A DNA stretch of 43,534 bases. It comes from a virus (taxonomy: Duplodnaviria; Caudoviricetes). A model generated the notes under the pieces. That model saw only the letters and a list, made by a program, of their open reading frames with translations. It was not told the DNA's origin and ran no database searches. Positions 35,777-43,534 of the stretch are shown one piece after another (position 1 is the stretch's first letter; each line of letters begins with the position of its first letter). The stretch lies in the IMG/VR virus record IMGVR_UViG_3300022670_000308, positions 1 to 43,534 of that record; one strand, given 5' to 3'. Both the position numbers and the translations under genes were made by a program.

Positions 35777-36955
35777 TTATCTAACCCTTAGTATTGCTGA
35801 TGAGCAAACCAAGTTGACAGAGTCTGTGTTATTTTCCAAAAAAATCTCTAAAAAGTCATTTTCAGTTACAGTTAATTGCCACAATACACTTGTTGCTTTT
35901 GGGTCATTGGCACTTACTTTGTTAGTTTTTCCACTATTGGCTATGATCGTACCATTTAATGACAAATAGATTGTTATGTCTTTATTTGTCCCGCTTGCAG
36001 CCTCTATGGTCGTCGTAATGTCAACAGGCACTACAATGTCACGCTCACCATTAAAAGTTATCCGGCCAGTAGTACCTCCTGAAAAGAAAGATTCTCTTTC
36101 AATTATCCAAGTACCGGTAACTTTAACCGGCGTGTCAACCATAGCAATTGATGTTTCTGTAGTATTGCTATTAAGTGACAACATAGCGTCTGGCATTGTG
36201 TCTTGTATGTCATCGTTGTTTTGAAAGTTCCACCTTATATCGTCGATAGTTATACCCACTAAAGGCGTTCCCGCCCCAAATATTCTAGTCCCTGTAATTG
36301 AGCCTATATTACCAGAAGTTATATTGGCAGAATTAGCCGCACCAGATAGCATGGTTGTTCCGGGCGCAACCGTTACAAACGAGCTAGATAAATCAACTGC
36401 GTCAAAAGTTGCAGTGCCTAAATCTAACAATACACCACCATTTAAATTAACGAGATCCGTTTGACCTGTAAATACGCCATGAGATCCCGTAAATAGTATA
36501 CCGTTTGTTTTTATATCGTTAAAAGCAACGTTTGAAAGTTGAGTCGCAGCAAGATCACCTAATACCCCAATAATATCACAAGAATCAACGGTGCAATCTA
36601 CCATCTGAAATACGCTAGGAGTTACAGGGCTAGTTGAACTAAATAATGATCCATTAGGGCAGTCAAGGGTAAGTTTTGTTATCTTATTATTGGTGTCTAC
36701 CGCTGTGAACATAATTCCTGTTCCGGTATATGTTAGCGATGAAGTTGAAGAGTCAAGACCAGCCACTACAGTGTCTTGCTGTAAAACAAACCTGTCAGTA
36801 CCTACATTTAAATCATCCCCGATAAGGTAAAATGTAGATGCATCTAATGTTCTAAACCCACCAGATGCCGTCGGAAATTCACTAACGAAGTTAATTAGCT
36901 TTTCGTTTGTTGGTCTTGCCCCGGCACTTGGATCTAATATGGATACTGTACCCAT
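35777..36955 (-). CDS. Putative structural beta-rich protein
   Basis: T/S/G/D-rich 392 aa in the virion module. Confidence 0.65.
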   Translation of the reverse strand: MGTVSILDPSAGARPTNEKLINFVSEFPTASGGFRTLDASTFYLIGDDLNVGTDRFVLQQDTVVAGLDSSTSSLTYTGTGIMFTAVDTNNKITKLTLDCPNGSLFSSTSPVTPSVFQMVDCTVDSCDIIGVLGDLAATQLSNVAFNDIKTNGILFTGSHGVFTGQTDLVNLNGGVLLDLGTATFDAVDLSSSFVTVAPGTTMLSGAANSANITSGNIGSITGTRIFGAGTPLVGITIDDIRWNFQNNDDIQDTMPDAMLSLNSNTTETSIAMVDTPVKVTGTWIIERESFFSGGTTGRITFNGERDIVVPVDITTTIEAASGTNKDITIYLSLNGTIIANSGKTNKVSANDPKATSVLWQLTVTENDFLEIFLENNTDSVNLVCSSAILRVR

Positions 36956-36956
36956 T

Positions 36957-37271
36957 TTATCTACCTCCCGCCTGTAGTATTGTCAATGTAACACTACCAG
37001 ACGTAAATGCAGTAACGTTCAAGCGAATTGCCGCAACTGGAAAGGCTATATTGCCATTATCATTTGCCACAAGGCTTGTTAGTCCGTCAGTGTTAAACCA
37101 AGTAGGCGTAACGCTCGGATCTTGAATGTCGTCAAAAGTGTGCTGTACGGAATACGTTAACGTACCACTAACAACAACGCCCATACCAATTTTAAAGTCG
37201 TTTTCACGCCAATCTACAGGTAGTGCCGCACCTGAAGCCTGAGATGCTAACGTTTGAGTTATTCTGCGCAT
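36957..37271 (-). CDS. Putative structural protein
   Basis: TYSVQHTFDD...AIRLNVT jelly-roll-like small protein. Confidence 0.65.
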   Translation of the reverse strand: MRRITQTLASQASGAALPVDWRENDFKIGMGVVVSGTLTYSVQHTFDDIQDPSVTPTWFNTDGLTSLVANDNGNIAFPVAAIRLNVTAFTSGSVTLTILQAGGR

Positions 37272-37273
37272 GA

Positions 37274-37684
37274 TTACGCCTCCTTAGCCCAAACTCCACG
37301 AGCATCAACAACCTGCCATGCAACTGTGCCATTAAGGCTAGCCAGCGTTACATAATCTCCTTTTTTAGACGTTGCCTTAGTGTTGATCAGGTCTTTGTCG
37401 TCGGTATTGCTGCCTACGTAGTTGATTCCGTCTGCGGCTGCGGGGCTAACGCTAAATTCTGCCGTGCCGTCTTCGGCCATGTTGACAAATGTTATTGTGT
37501 TACCAGTGCCGATAGCCGGAATAGATGCAACAAAACCATCCAGGGTTGACGCAATGGTCTTGCCTGAATCATCATCAATAATGACCGTGTAGTTTGCTGT
37601 TTTGATTTCTGCGTTGATATCCACTAAGAATGTGGCGAAGCCGTTAGGCATTACAGTTAAACGAAGTTTAGAAAGTTCTGACAT
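37274..37684 (-). CDS. Putative capsid-associated structural protein
   Basis: GGAG RBS before MSELSK; KTANYT...WQVV..RGVW. Confidence 0.65.
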   Translation of the reverse strand: MSELSKLRLTVMPNGFATFLVDINAEIKTANYTVIIDDDSGKTIASTLDGFVASIPAIGTGNTITFVNMAEDGTAEFSVSPAAADGINYVGSNTDDKDLINTKATSKKGDYVTLASLNGTVAWQVVDARGVWAKEA

Positions 37685-37751
37685 TTTATACTCCAAAGCG
37701 CTGCCACTGATTCAAACAGTGATTGACCCATCAGGAACGCAATTATAGGAT

Positions 37752-37770
37752 TAAGGGACCGAAGCCCCTA
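37752..37770 (-). terminator. Hairpin after the major capsid gene
   Basis: AGGGGC-TTCG-GTCCCT with a UUCG tetraloop; weak U tract. Confidence 0.55.
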
Positions 37771-37776
37771 GTTTAT

Positions 37777-38700
37777 TTATACACCAGCTGAAGCATAGCA
37801 GCCGCGAGCATCAGACCAACCGAACGCATAACGTTCTTCAGCCTTAAATCGTGCGTTACTTGTGCCAAAGTCCATATCTTGCTGGAACTCAACTCCCTGA
37901 CGGGTGAAGTATTTCATACCATCCGGCGCGTTGGTCTTAATAAACCATGCAGTATTCGAGGTTAAGTAGTTATTAACCATATGACCAGCAGGTAGCATAC
38001 CAGTGGCGCGCACGGCGTTGATCGCGTTGTTGCCGGTGTCGTTTTGCAATACAGAGTTTAAAATTCTCTCCGCTTCAAAACCAAGCTTAGGCGGAACAAT
38101 TAGACGTTCGCCACGCAAAGCTATGCGCAATCCGCGAGGATCTGTTGCTTCATTGATTTGGATAAGCAAATCTTCAAGCGATGCTTCTGATAGTGCGGCC
38201 GGTGTTGCAAGCTCGTTACTAAACGTCGTAGAATCCGATGGTCCATTAACGTGTAACTCAGAGAATAACTCAACACCATCACCGCCGGTCATCAAGAAAG
38301 CAGGGTTAAAGCCGCGGTTGTAAATGTTAGCGCCAACATTTTCTTTTGTTTGCTGCATTGAAAACGCTAAGGCTAATGCTCGCTTATCAAACAAGTGATA
38401 CAAGTTATCGGCCATTGCCTCTTTGGTTACAATAAAGCCTTTTGCGTAGGTCAGATTAAGGAACTTAGGACTAAAGCCCGCTTGTTGCGAGTCATACGCA
38501 ACGCCAGAACCCTCTTTCTTTTCCGGTGCCAGACCGAAACCTTCAAATTGCTGATCTTGCTCGAATGCTTTTTTTGACTGCTCTGTATTATAAAGCATAT
38601 TCCATTGTGTTTGATGCGATTGATAGCCGCGACCAAATACTTTATTTACACCCTCTTGTAATAGGGGTGAGATGTTGCCAGTTGTAATTACGCCGGTCAT
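37777..38700 (-). CDS. Major capsid protein
   Basis: GDGVELFS..H, LIVPP.L...A.RIL, YLTS..AWF, ERYAFGWSDARG motifs. Confidence 0.92.
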   Translation of the reverse strand: MTGVITTGNISPLLQEGVNKVFGRGYQSHQTQWNMLYNTEQSKKAFEQDQQFEGFGLAPEKKEGSGVAYDSQQAGFSPKFLNLTYAKGFIVTKEAMADNLYHLFDKRALALAFSMQQTKENVGANIYNRGFNPAFLMTGGDGVELFSELHVNGPSDSTTFSNELATPAALSEASLEDLLIQINEATDPRGLRIALRGERLIVPPKLGFEAERILNSVLQNDTGNNAINAVRATGMLPAGHMVNNYLTSNTAWFIKTNAPDGMKYFTRQGVEFQQDMDFGTSNARFKAEERYAFGWSDARGCYASAGV

Positions 38701-38701
38701 A

Positions 38702-39262
38702 TTATACCCCTACTGTGTCGTTGGTTGATTCGTTGATTCGACAAATTAGCGTGGTGCCAATAGCTGCCGGGAATGTTAATACATCGGAGTTTTTAACCCC
38801 TACAATGCGAATTTGATCTGTACCGCTAATTGACGCACCGGCTGCATTGATTGTCATGTTTGAGTTGACCAGGCTACCTGATGCAGATGCGGCAGTTGCT
38901 AAGATGGGAAGGTTGCCACCAACATCAGTTAGCGCAAATGTGCCGCCTGAAGTTTCGGCTTCAAGTAACATGTCTTTATCAACAGCAACTTTAATAGTGC
39001 CAGCAGTTAAAGCAGGCAAGCCTTTTTGATCAAGGTTGGTCATATCAAAATCAACACTAACAATAATGCCGGTAATCAAACCACCAGCGCTTGCTGCGTC
39101 AACTTCAGATAATCCAGTTGCAGCATCTAAGTTACCAGTTTCAACAACTAGATCGTTTACTGCCAGGAGTGTTGCGTGTGCTGCGTCTACAGCGTAAGTT
39201 TCAATCTTACCTGTATATGAGTGACCTGATCGGTCTTGGAATAGGCGGAATCCACCAGACAT
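38702..39262 (-). CDS. Capsid decoration/minor head protein
   Basis: A/G/T-rich gene immediately upstream of the MCP; GGAG RBS before MSGGF. Confidence 0.65.
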   Translation of the reverse strand: MSGGFRLFQDRSGHSYTGKIETYAVDAAHATLLAVNDLVVETGNLDAATGLSEVDAASAGGLITGIIVSVDFDMTNLDQKGLPALTAGTIKVAVDKDMLLEAETSGGTFALTDVGGNLPILATAASASGSLVNSNMTINAAGASISGTDQIRIVGVKNSDVLTFPAAIGTTLICRINESTNDTVGV

Positions 39263-39484
39263 AGTATTCTCCAAAAATTAAAAAGTATAAGCAAAGCCCG
39301 TTAAGGCGTTAGTTTTACAAATCAATTAGGAGTTACTTTCCTGGGAATGATTTGGGGCAGGCTTTTACATCTATAAAAACGGCCACTTACCAGTTGTCTT
39401 AATTGTTTTGCGGTCAATATCACCACTTCTATAGTGTAAATTGACCGCTATTTAGTTAACTTTACCACAAATTGTTTAATTTGG

Positions 39485-39880
39485 CTAAACAATATCTCTT
39501 TCGCGCTGCATTACATTCTGACTGCCATCGGGTACATACTCTTCTTCACCGAGCGTGTGCGCCTGCTTTGTTGTCGCGTCTTGGTTTAGTTTTTGCTGCT
39601 TGGCCATATCTTCGTTGTGATATTTTTCTTCTATGCACATTAAGTAGTGAGTTTCGCCGCCACCAGCAGGTACAGTAACCTCCTTACCTCCATCTAAAAC
39701 CTTTTCATACCAGGCTGCCTCCATCTGCTGGATCATTCCTTTTCTATCTAAGGCCCAGTAGTAAAAGTAACCTTCTTTTTTCAGGTGGACGGGTACTTGA
39801 AGTTTATTACCGGCGCTCAATGGCACTCTGGCCGGGCGCTCTGTGTTTTTGTGTGCTTTATTACTTCTATTATCGTTCAT
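39485..39880 (-). CDS. Hypothetical head-module protein
   Basis: Position between scaffold and capsid genes. Confidence 0.7.
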   Translation of the reverse strand: MNDNRSNKAHKNTERPARVPLSAGNKLQVPVHLKKEGYFYYWALDRKGMIQQMEAAWYEKVLDGGKEVTVPAGGGETHYLMCIEEKYHNEDMAKQQKLNQDATTKQAHTLGEEEYVPDGSQNVMQRERDIV

Positions 39881-40719
39881 TATGTTACCCTCGTATCAGC
39901 AACAGTTTGTAAGAATTCGGCTTCGTTTTTAAACATATGCCCGATATGACCGTATTGTTCTCTCTCGTCATTTGTCAGGTCTCCCATTGTTAACCCTTTG
40001 CTTTTTCTGGCCGAGCGTCTTGTGTTATTTTCAATGGTGTTTTTCTGGTTGCGCCGAGGGTTGTCGATATTTGACGGGTATAGTCGTTCTATTCTTTCAT
40101 CTATGTGCGCCAGGGTTTGCGCTACGCTTGCGGTAGGGTTTTTATTAATGTAGGAATTCCAGACCCCTACGGCAACCTCGCCACGCTCATCACTCATATC
40201 ATTGAACCATGAGTTTTTTGCTTCCCACGCTACTATCGCCGGGTCTTTCCCTGGTTGGTCTGCTGGTTTATCTTCTGTTTCTGGTTTCGCCTGAAGCTCT
40301 TCAATCTCACCCTGTAACTGGTCGTGAGCATCGGCATCAGAAGTCAAAACAGCTTCACGTTGCTGTGATTTTAATGACTTGATCTTGGCTTCAGTTTGAG
40401 CTTTATTAAGTTTGTTTAGGTTTTCAATGCGATGATCAAATGACTTTTGCTGACTAGATATCTGCCCCTTAAGATCATTCATCTGTGTCATCCATTCACC
40501 GTCACGAACGTATTCTTTGGCAGTCTTCCAGTTTTCAGAAGGTCCATTGAATTCATCTTCAGGGCGCCAACCTTGATCGAATGCCTTTTGCTCCATGGAT
40601 GATAGTTGTAGCGCTTTTTCTTGATTATCTTCCTGCTCTTGCCCTTGATCGGCTAAATCTTGTATGTCTATATCTTGATCATCGTTTTCTTGATCAGCAT
40701 TGCTTTGTTGATCGGCCAT
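39880..40719 (-). CDS. Putative scaffolding protein
   Basis: Acidic N-terminus, QGWRPEDEF.G, coiled coil, W..KN.WF. Confidence 0.7.
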   Translation of the reverse strand: MADQQSNADQENDDQDIDIQDLADQGQEQEDNQEKALQLSSMEQKAFDQGWRPEDEFNGPSENWKTAKEYVRDGEWMTQMNDLKGQISSQQKSFDHRIENLNKLNKAQTEAKIKSLKSQQREAVLTSDADAHDQLQGEIEELQAKPETEDKPADQPGKDPAIVAWEAKNSWFNDMSDERGEVAVGVWNSYINKNPTASVAQTLAHIDERIERLYPSNIDNPRRNQKNTIENNTRRSARKSKGLTMGDLTNDEREQYGHIGHMFKNEAEFLQTVADTRVT

Positions 40720-41265
40720 TTACTTATCCTCACTTGTGATGTATTGATTAACAGCTTGCTCACTGATAACCCCAATTATGTCATCGTCATTAACATATCG
40801 CAGACCGCCGAATTTTTCGTTATAGTCTACCATCCTTGTTTTTTTACCGTCGTACCTCCCGCTTAATTCAACGATATCACCTACTTTTACACCCCATTCT
40901 TCAGGGCCTCTGCAATTAGCGAAACCTTTATAGGCTATTGGTCCGAATGCTAGTATCTTAGCGATGGCACCAGCTCCCTTTTCGCGCTTTTCTTCGTTTC
41001 CTGTCATGAGTGCAATACCACCAGCAGACATAACATGTACCTCGACCTGCTCAACTAGAACAAAGTGGCCTAATGGTTTGGTTGGTGTTGGAAATAAGTT
41101 AAGTCCGGCATCTAAAGCGAACTCATGGATCGATTTTAGCATTTCTTTACCCGCTTCATCGGTCTTTAAAAGCCGGTTTTTTGGTGTTTCGTTATCTCCA
41201 TTCATAACAGCCGCTCGATCTTTTGTAAGTTTTTCAATATTAGCTATAGCATCATTTGGGTTCAT
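40720..41265 (-). CDS. groES: GroES-like co-chaperonin with N-terminal extension
   Basis: KPLGHFVLV...SAGGIAL...ILAFGP...VKVGDIV...VNDDDIIGV. Confidence 0.85.
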   Translation of the reverse strand: MNPNDAIANIEKLTKDRAAVMNGDNETPKNRLLKTDEAGKEMLKSIHEFALDAGLNLFPTPTKPLGHFVLVEQVEVHVMSAGGIALMTGNEEKREKGAGAIAKILAFGPIAYKGFANCRGPEEWGVKVGDIVELSGRYDGKKTRMVDYNEKFGGLRYVNDDDIIGVISEQAVNQYITSEDK

Positions 41266-41486
41266 TCTGAAGCCTCCAAAAGCAATTCGTAAGCCTCTTT
41301 CAGAGAGTTAGCACCGTCCTTTACACCTTGAACCCTGGCCGTTTCCATTGCCGTTTCATCAGCAGTTGGCCTTAAGGTTGATTCGTTAGATAAGTCTACT
41401 AACTGCTCGTTAATATCCTTAAATATCGCTATTGTTACAGGGTGGCTATTCCAATCCTGTAGATCCTGCTTGGTTAATAATGACAT
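41262..41486 (-). CDS. Hypothetical protein
   Basis: W..HPVT motif, typical of small post-portal genes. Confidence 0.7.
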   Translation of the reverse strand: MSLLTKQDLQDWNSHPVTIAIFKDINEQLVDLSNESTLRPTADETAMETARVQGVKDGANSLKEAYELLLEASE

Positions 41487-41689
41487 TACTTATCATCCTT
41501 TTTTTTATTGCGGCATGAGTTTGCTAAACATACCTGAACAGGCTGATTGAATACAGCCACTACATCGCCAACACCTAAATCGTCGGAATATAAAGTTACA
41601 ACCCCTTTATTGTTGCATTGCATGTAATCAGCTTGAACATTCCTGTGTCCGCCTCTACTGTTGATTACCTTGTATAGATTTTTGCTCAT
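41486..41689 (-). CDS. Hypothetical protein
   Basis: ORF overlapping the portal stop and coupled to the next gene. Confidence 0.6.
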   Translation of the reverse strand: MSKNLYKVINSRGGHRNVQADYMQCNNKGVVTLYSDDLGVGDVVAVFNQPVQVCLANSCRNKKKDDK

Positions 41690-43534
41690 TATTCAGCTCC
41701 TGTGGCTGTTGTAATTCCCGCAATACCTGCTGGTTTTGCAGTTCTTTATTATCTAAATCCAACTCCGCTGTGTAATCGGAAATAGAATTGTTTACTTCTT
41801 CTGTCTCGGCTTTTTCGAGATTTAATATTGTAGCAGATTTGTTCTTGTCTATCTCGCTTTCTTCCTTGTTGAGCTTGCTCTCTGTCTCGGCGTCTTTCCT
41901 ATTCTCTTCGCGATCTAATGCGTCAGTCTGTGCTTGTGCTATTAAGTCGTTTCGCTCAACCTCACCGCTGATTAACTCGGCCAGCTCTGGATTCTCAGCA
42001 ATCAATCGCTGCAATCGTTGCTGCGGATCTTCTTCTGGGAATATCTCATCAACGTTTTGTGCCCCGACTGACTCATAGAAGTTTTTAACAATAACTCGAG
42101 CATCACCGCCAACCTGGGCCACTCGGTCAACCTGTGATAGCTCAACCTCGGCCTGCTGAATGCGTTGAATCTTGCTTGATATCTCAGGGTTAGCAACAGG
42201 CGTTATGTTCATTCGTCGTAAATCAAAGTCAGTCTCAAAATTAGCCTCTGAATCGTCTAAAATTTCTTGGTATTCTTGAGGGTCTAAAAACTTAGAGTTT
42301 AGAATGAATAGCTTTTTAAACTCGGAAGTCATTGCCCGGTAAATTCTAAGGATTATTGCACCGGCTGATTGCTGCTGCTCCTGAACTAATGCGAGGGTTG
42401 TAGTAGCTGGTGCGTTGGCGCCTAATGCCTGGGTTAAGTCCGCAGATGCGGAAAGCTCTTGTGATGAGCTAATCATGAATTGCATTAATGAGAATAACGT
42501 GGCGCTCGGCTCTTTAACTGGCAAAGGTACAATCCCATTATGCAGGTCTTGCGCTGATATTCCTGTTTGCTTCCATTCTCCAGGCTTAAAGGATGAATTG
42601 CCCATCTTGCGTCTAAAGCCTTTGGCCAACCAACCTCCCTGCCTGTTTGCCAATGTACCAGCATCAACCAGTTGGTTAGTTGTGGCGTTTATGCCGGAAG
42701 TTAGCGCGCCCAATATGTAATAGTAACCAACATCTAAGAATCCACCCTCAGGATCGCGAAGAAAGCCGTATTTGGTGATGTTACTAGTCGGGGTTATTCT
42801 GACTACTTCACGGTTGCCACTGGTACTTGGTAAACCTTCATCGGTTAGTAAGTCGGATAACTTAGCAGATCGTTGATTGCTTTCGTCTTTGATCAATACG
42901 TCTTCAGGTTCAAATCGAGGCGTTATACGAACAACTTGCTGTGATGATTTGACGATTGTGAATATATATGGTTCTTCGTACCCGTCACCATCTAAATCAA
43001 AATAACCGTATTGCTCGATGAATGTCGTGTCTTTGTCTGCTTCGGCTTGTGATGATTCGTCGCTATCATCTGAATCACTATTAAAGCTTATTTCTACATC
43101 TGACCACACACCCTGATTTTGCCGCTCTAATATTTCGTTTTTAGAAAGCTCAAATTCTTCGCTGAACCTTCTTAGTCGGGAAATGCTTTTAGCCTTGTTA
43201 TTAACAACAAAATCAGGATAGCAAATTACATTTGAAACTGGACGACCTAACCGGTGATCAAAGAATGTTTTCTTAAACTCGCAACCTTCATACGGTAACT
43301 GGTATAAAAGCCCTTCATGTTCGTCGCGCCATTCTTCCATCTCAACGTTGAGTTGATAGTTAGAATATTCAGCAACGCGATCTGCTTGTTCTGCTTTATC
43401 GCCTGCCTTGTCCTTGCCAATAACTGCAGTCTTGACAATATCTTCTTGCCTTAGTAGCTCAGTCGATGCCCGGTCACTAAATTTAAGCGCGGCCTGGGTG
43501 AGTGTAGGAGACTTAAAGTTGCTTGACCCTTCCC
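41655..43534 (-). CDS. Portal protein, main part (start at 442 across the origin)
   Basis: KKTFFD, DLDGDGYEEPYI, NQLVDAGTLAN, PATTTLALVQE motifs; frame open to the window end. Confidence 0.92.
   Translation of the reverse strand, partial: EGSSNFKSPTLTQAALKFSDRASTELLRQEDIVKTAVIGKDKAGDKAEQADRVAEYSNYQLNVEMEEWRDEHEGLLYQLPYEGCEFKKTFFDHRLGRPVSNVICYPDFVVNNKAKSISRLRRFSEEFELSKNEILERQNQGVWSDVEISFNSDSDDSDESSQAEADKDTTFIEQYGYFDLDGDGYEEPYIFTIVKSSQQVVRITPRFEPEDVLIKDESNQRSAKLSDLLTDEGLPSTSGNREVVRITPTSNITKYGFLRDPEGGFLDVGYYYILGALTSGINATTNQLVDAGTLANRQGGWLAKGFRRKMGNSSFKPGEWKQTGISAQDLHNGIVPLPVKEPSATLFSLMQFMISSSQELSASADLTQALGANAPATTTLALVQEQQQSAGAIILRIYRAMTSEFKKLFILNSKFLDPQEYQEILDDSEANFETDFDLRRMNITPVANPEISSKIQRIQQAEVELSQVDRVAQVGGDARVIVKNFYESVGAQNVDEIFPEEDPQQRLQRLIAENPELAELISGEVERNDLIAQAQTDALDREENRKDAETESKLNKEESEIDKNKSATILNLEKAETEEVNNSISDYTAELDLDNKELQNQQVLRELQQPQELNNEQKSIQGNQQ
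43391..43534. repeat. Terminal overlap, identical to 1-144
   Basis: Exact duplication. Confidence 0.97.

Noticed and set aside
43391-43534. 144-bp terminal repeat as a physical direct terminal repeat or att site
   Set aside because: It falls inside the portal coding sequence and joining the ends restores the frame, which indicates an assembly overlap.

Overview
The window is an apparently complete, circularly assembled dsDNA tailed-phage genome of about 43,390 bp; bases 1-144 are repeated at 43391-43534 and the portal gene spans the junction. The minus strand carries a podovirus-type (P22-like) virion module: terS, terL, portal, GroES-like protein, scaffold, major capsid protein, head-tail adaptor, gp10-like stabiliser, three ejection proteins and a tailspike with an S74 chaperone. 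There is also a peptidase-M15 endolysin with holin-like genes, lambdoid-type early genes (Sak/Rad52-like SSAP, Lar, NinB, NinH, Dam methylase, nucleases, HNH-AP2) and many small unknown ORFs. I recognise no integrase, DNA polymerase, reverse transcriptase or CRISPR array. The most unusual content is non-coding. A roughly 230-nt element occurs twice (8191-8417, 15551-15780) with compensatory base changes and a pseudoknot, each copy downstream of a similar leader/terminator. An oversized 108-nt tRNA-like RNA, further stem-closed RNA modules, a C4-like leader in front of the HNH gene and two start-stop minigenes are also present. All protein calls come from motif recognition and gene order, not database searches.
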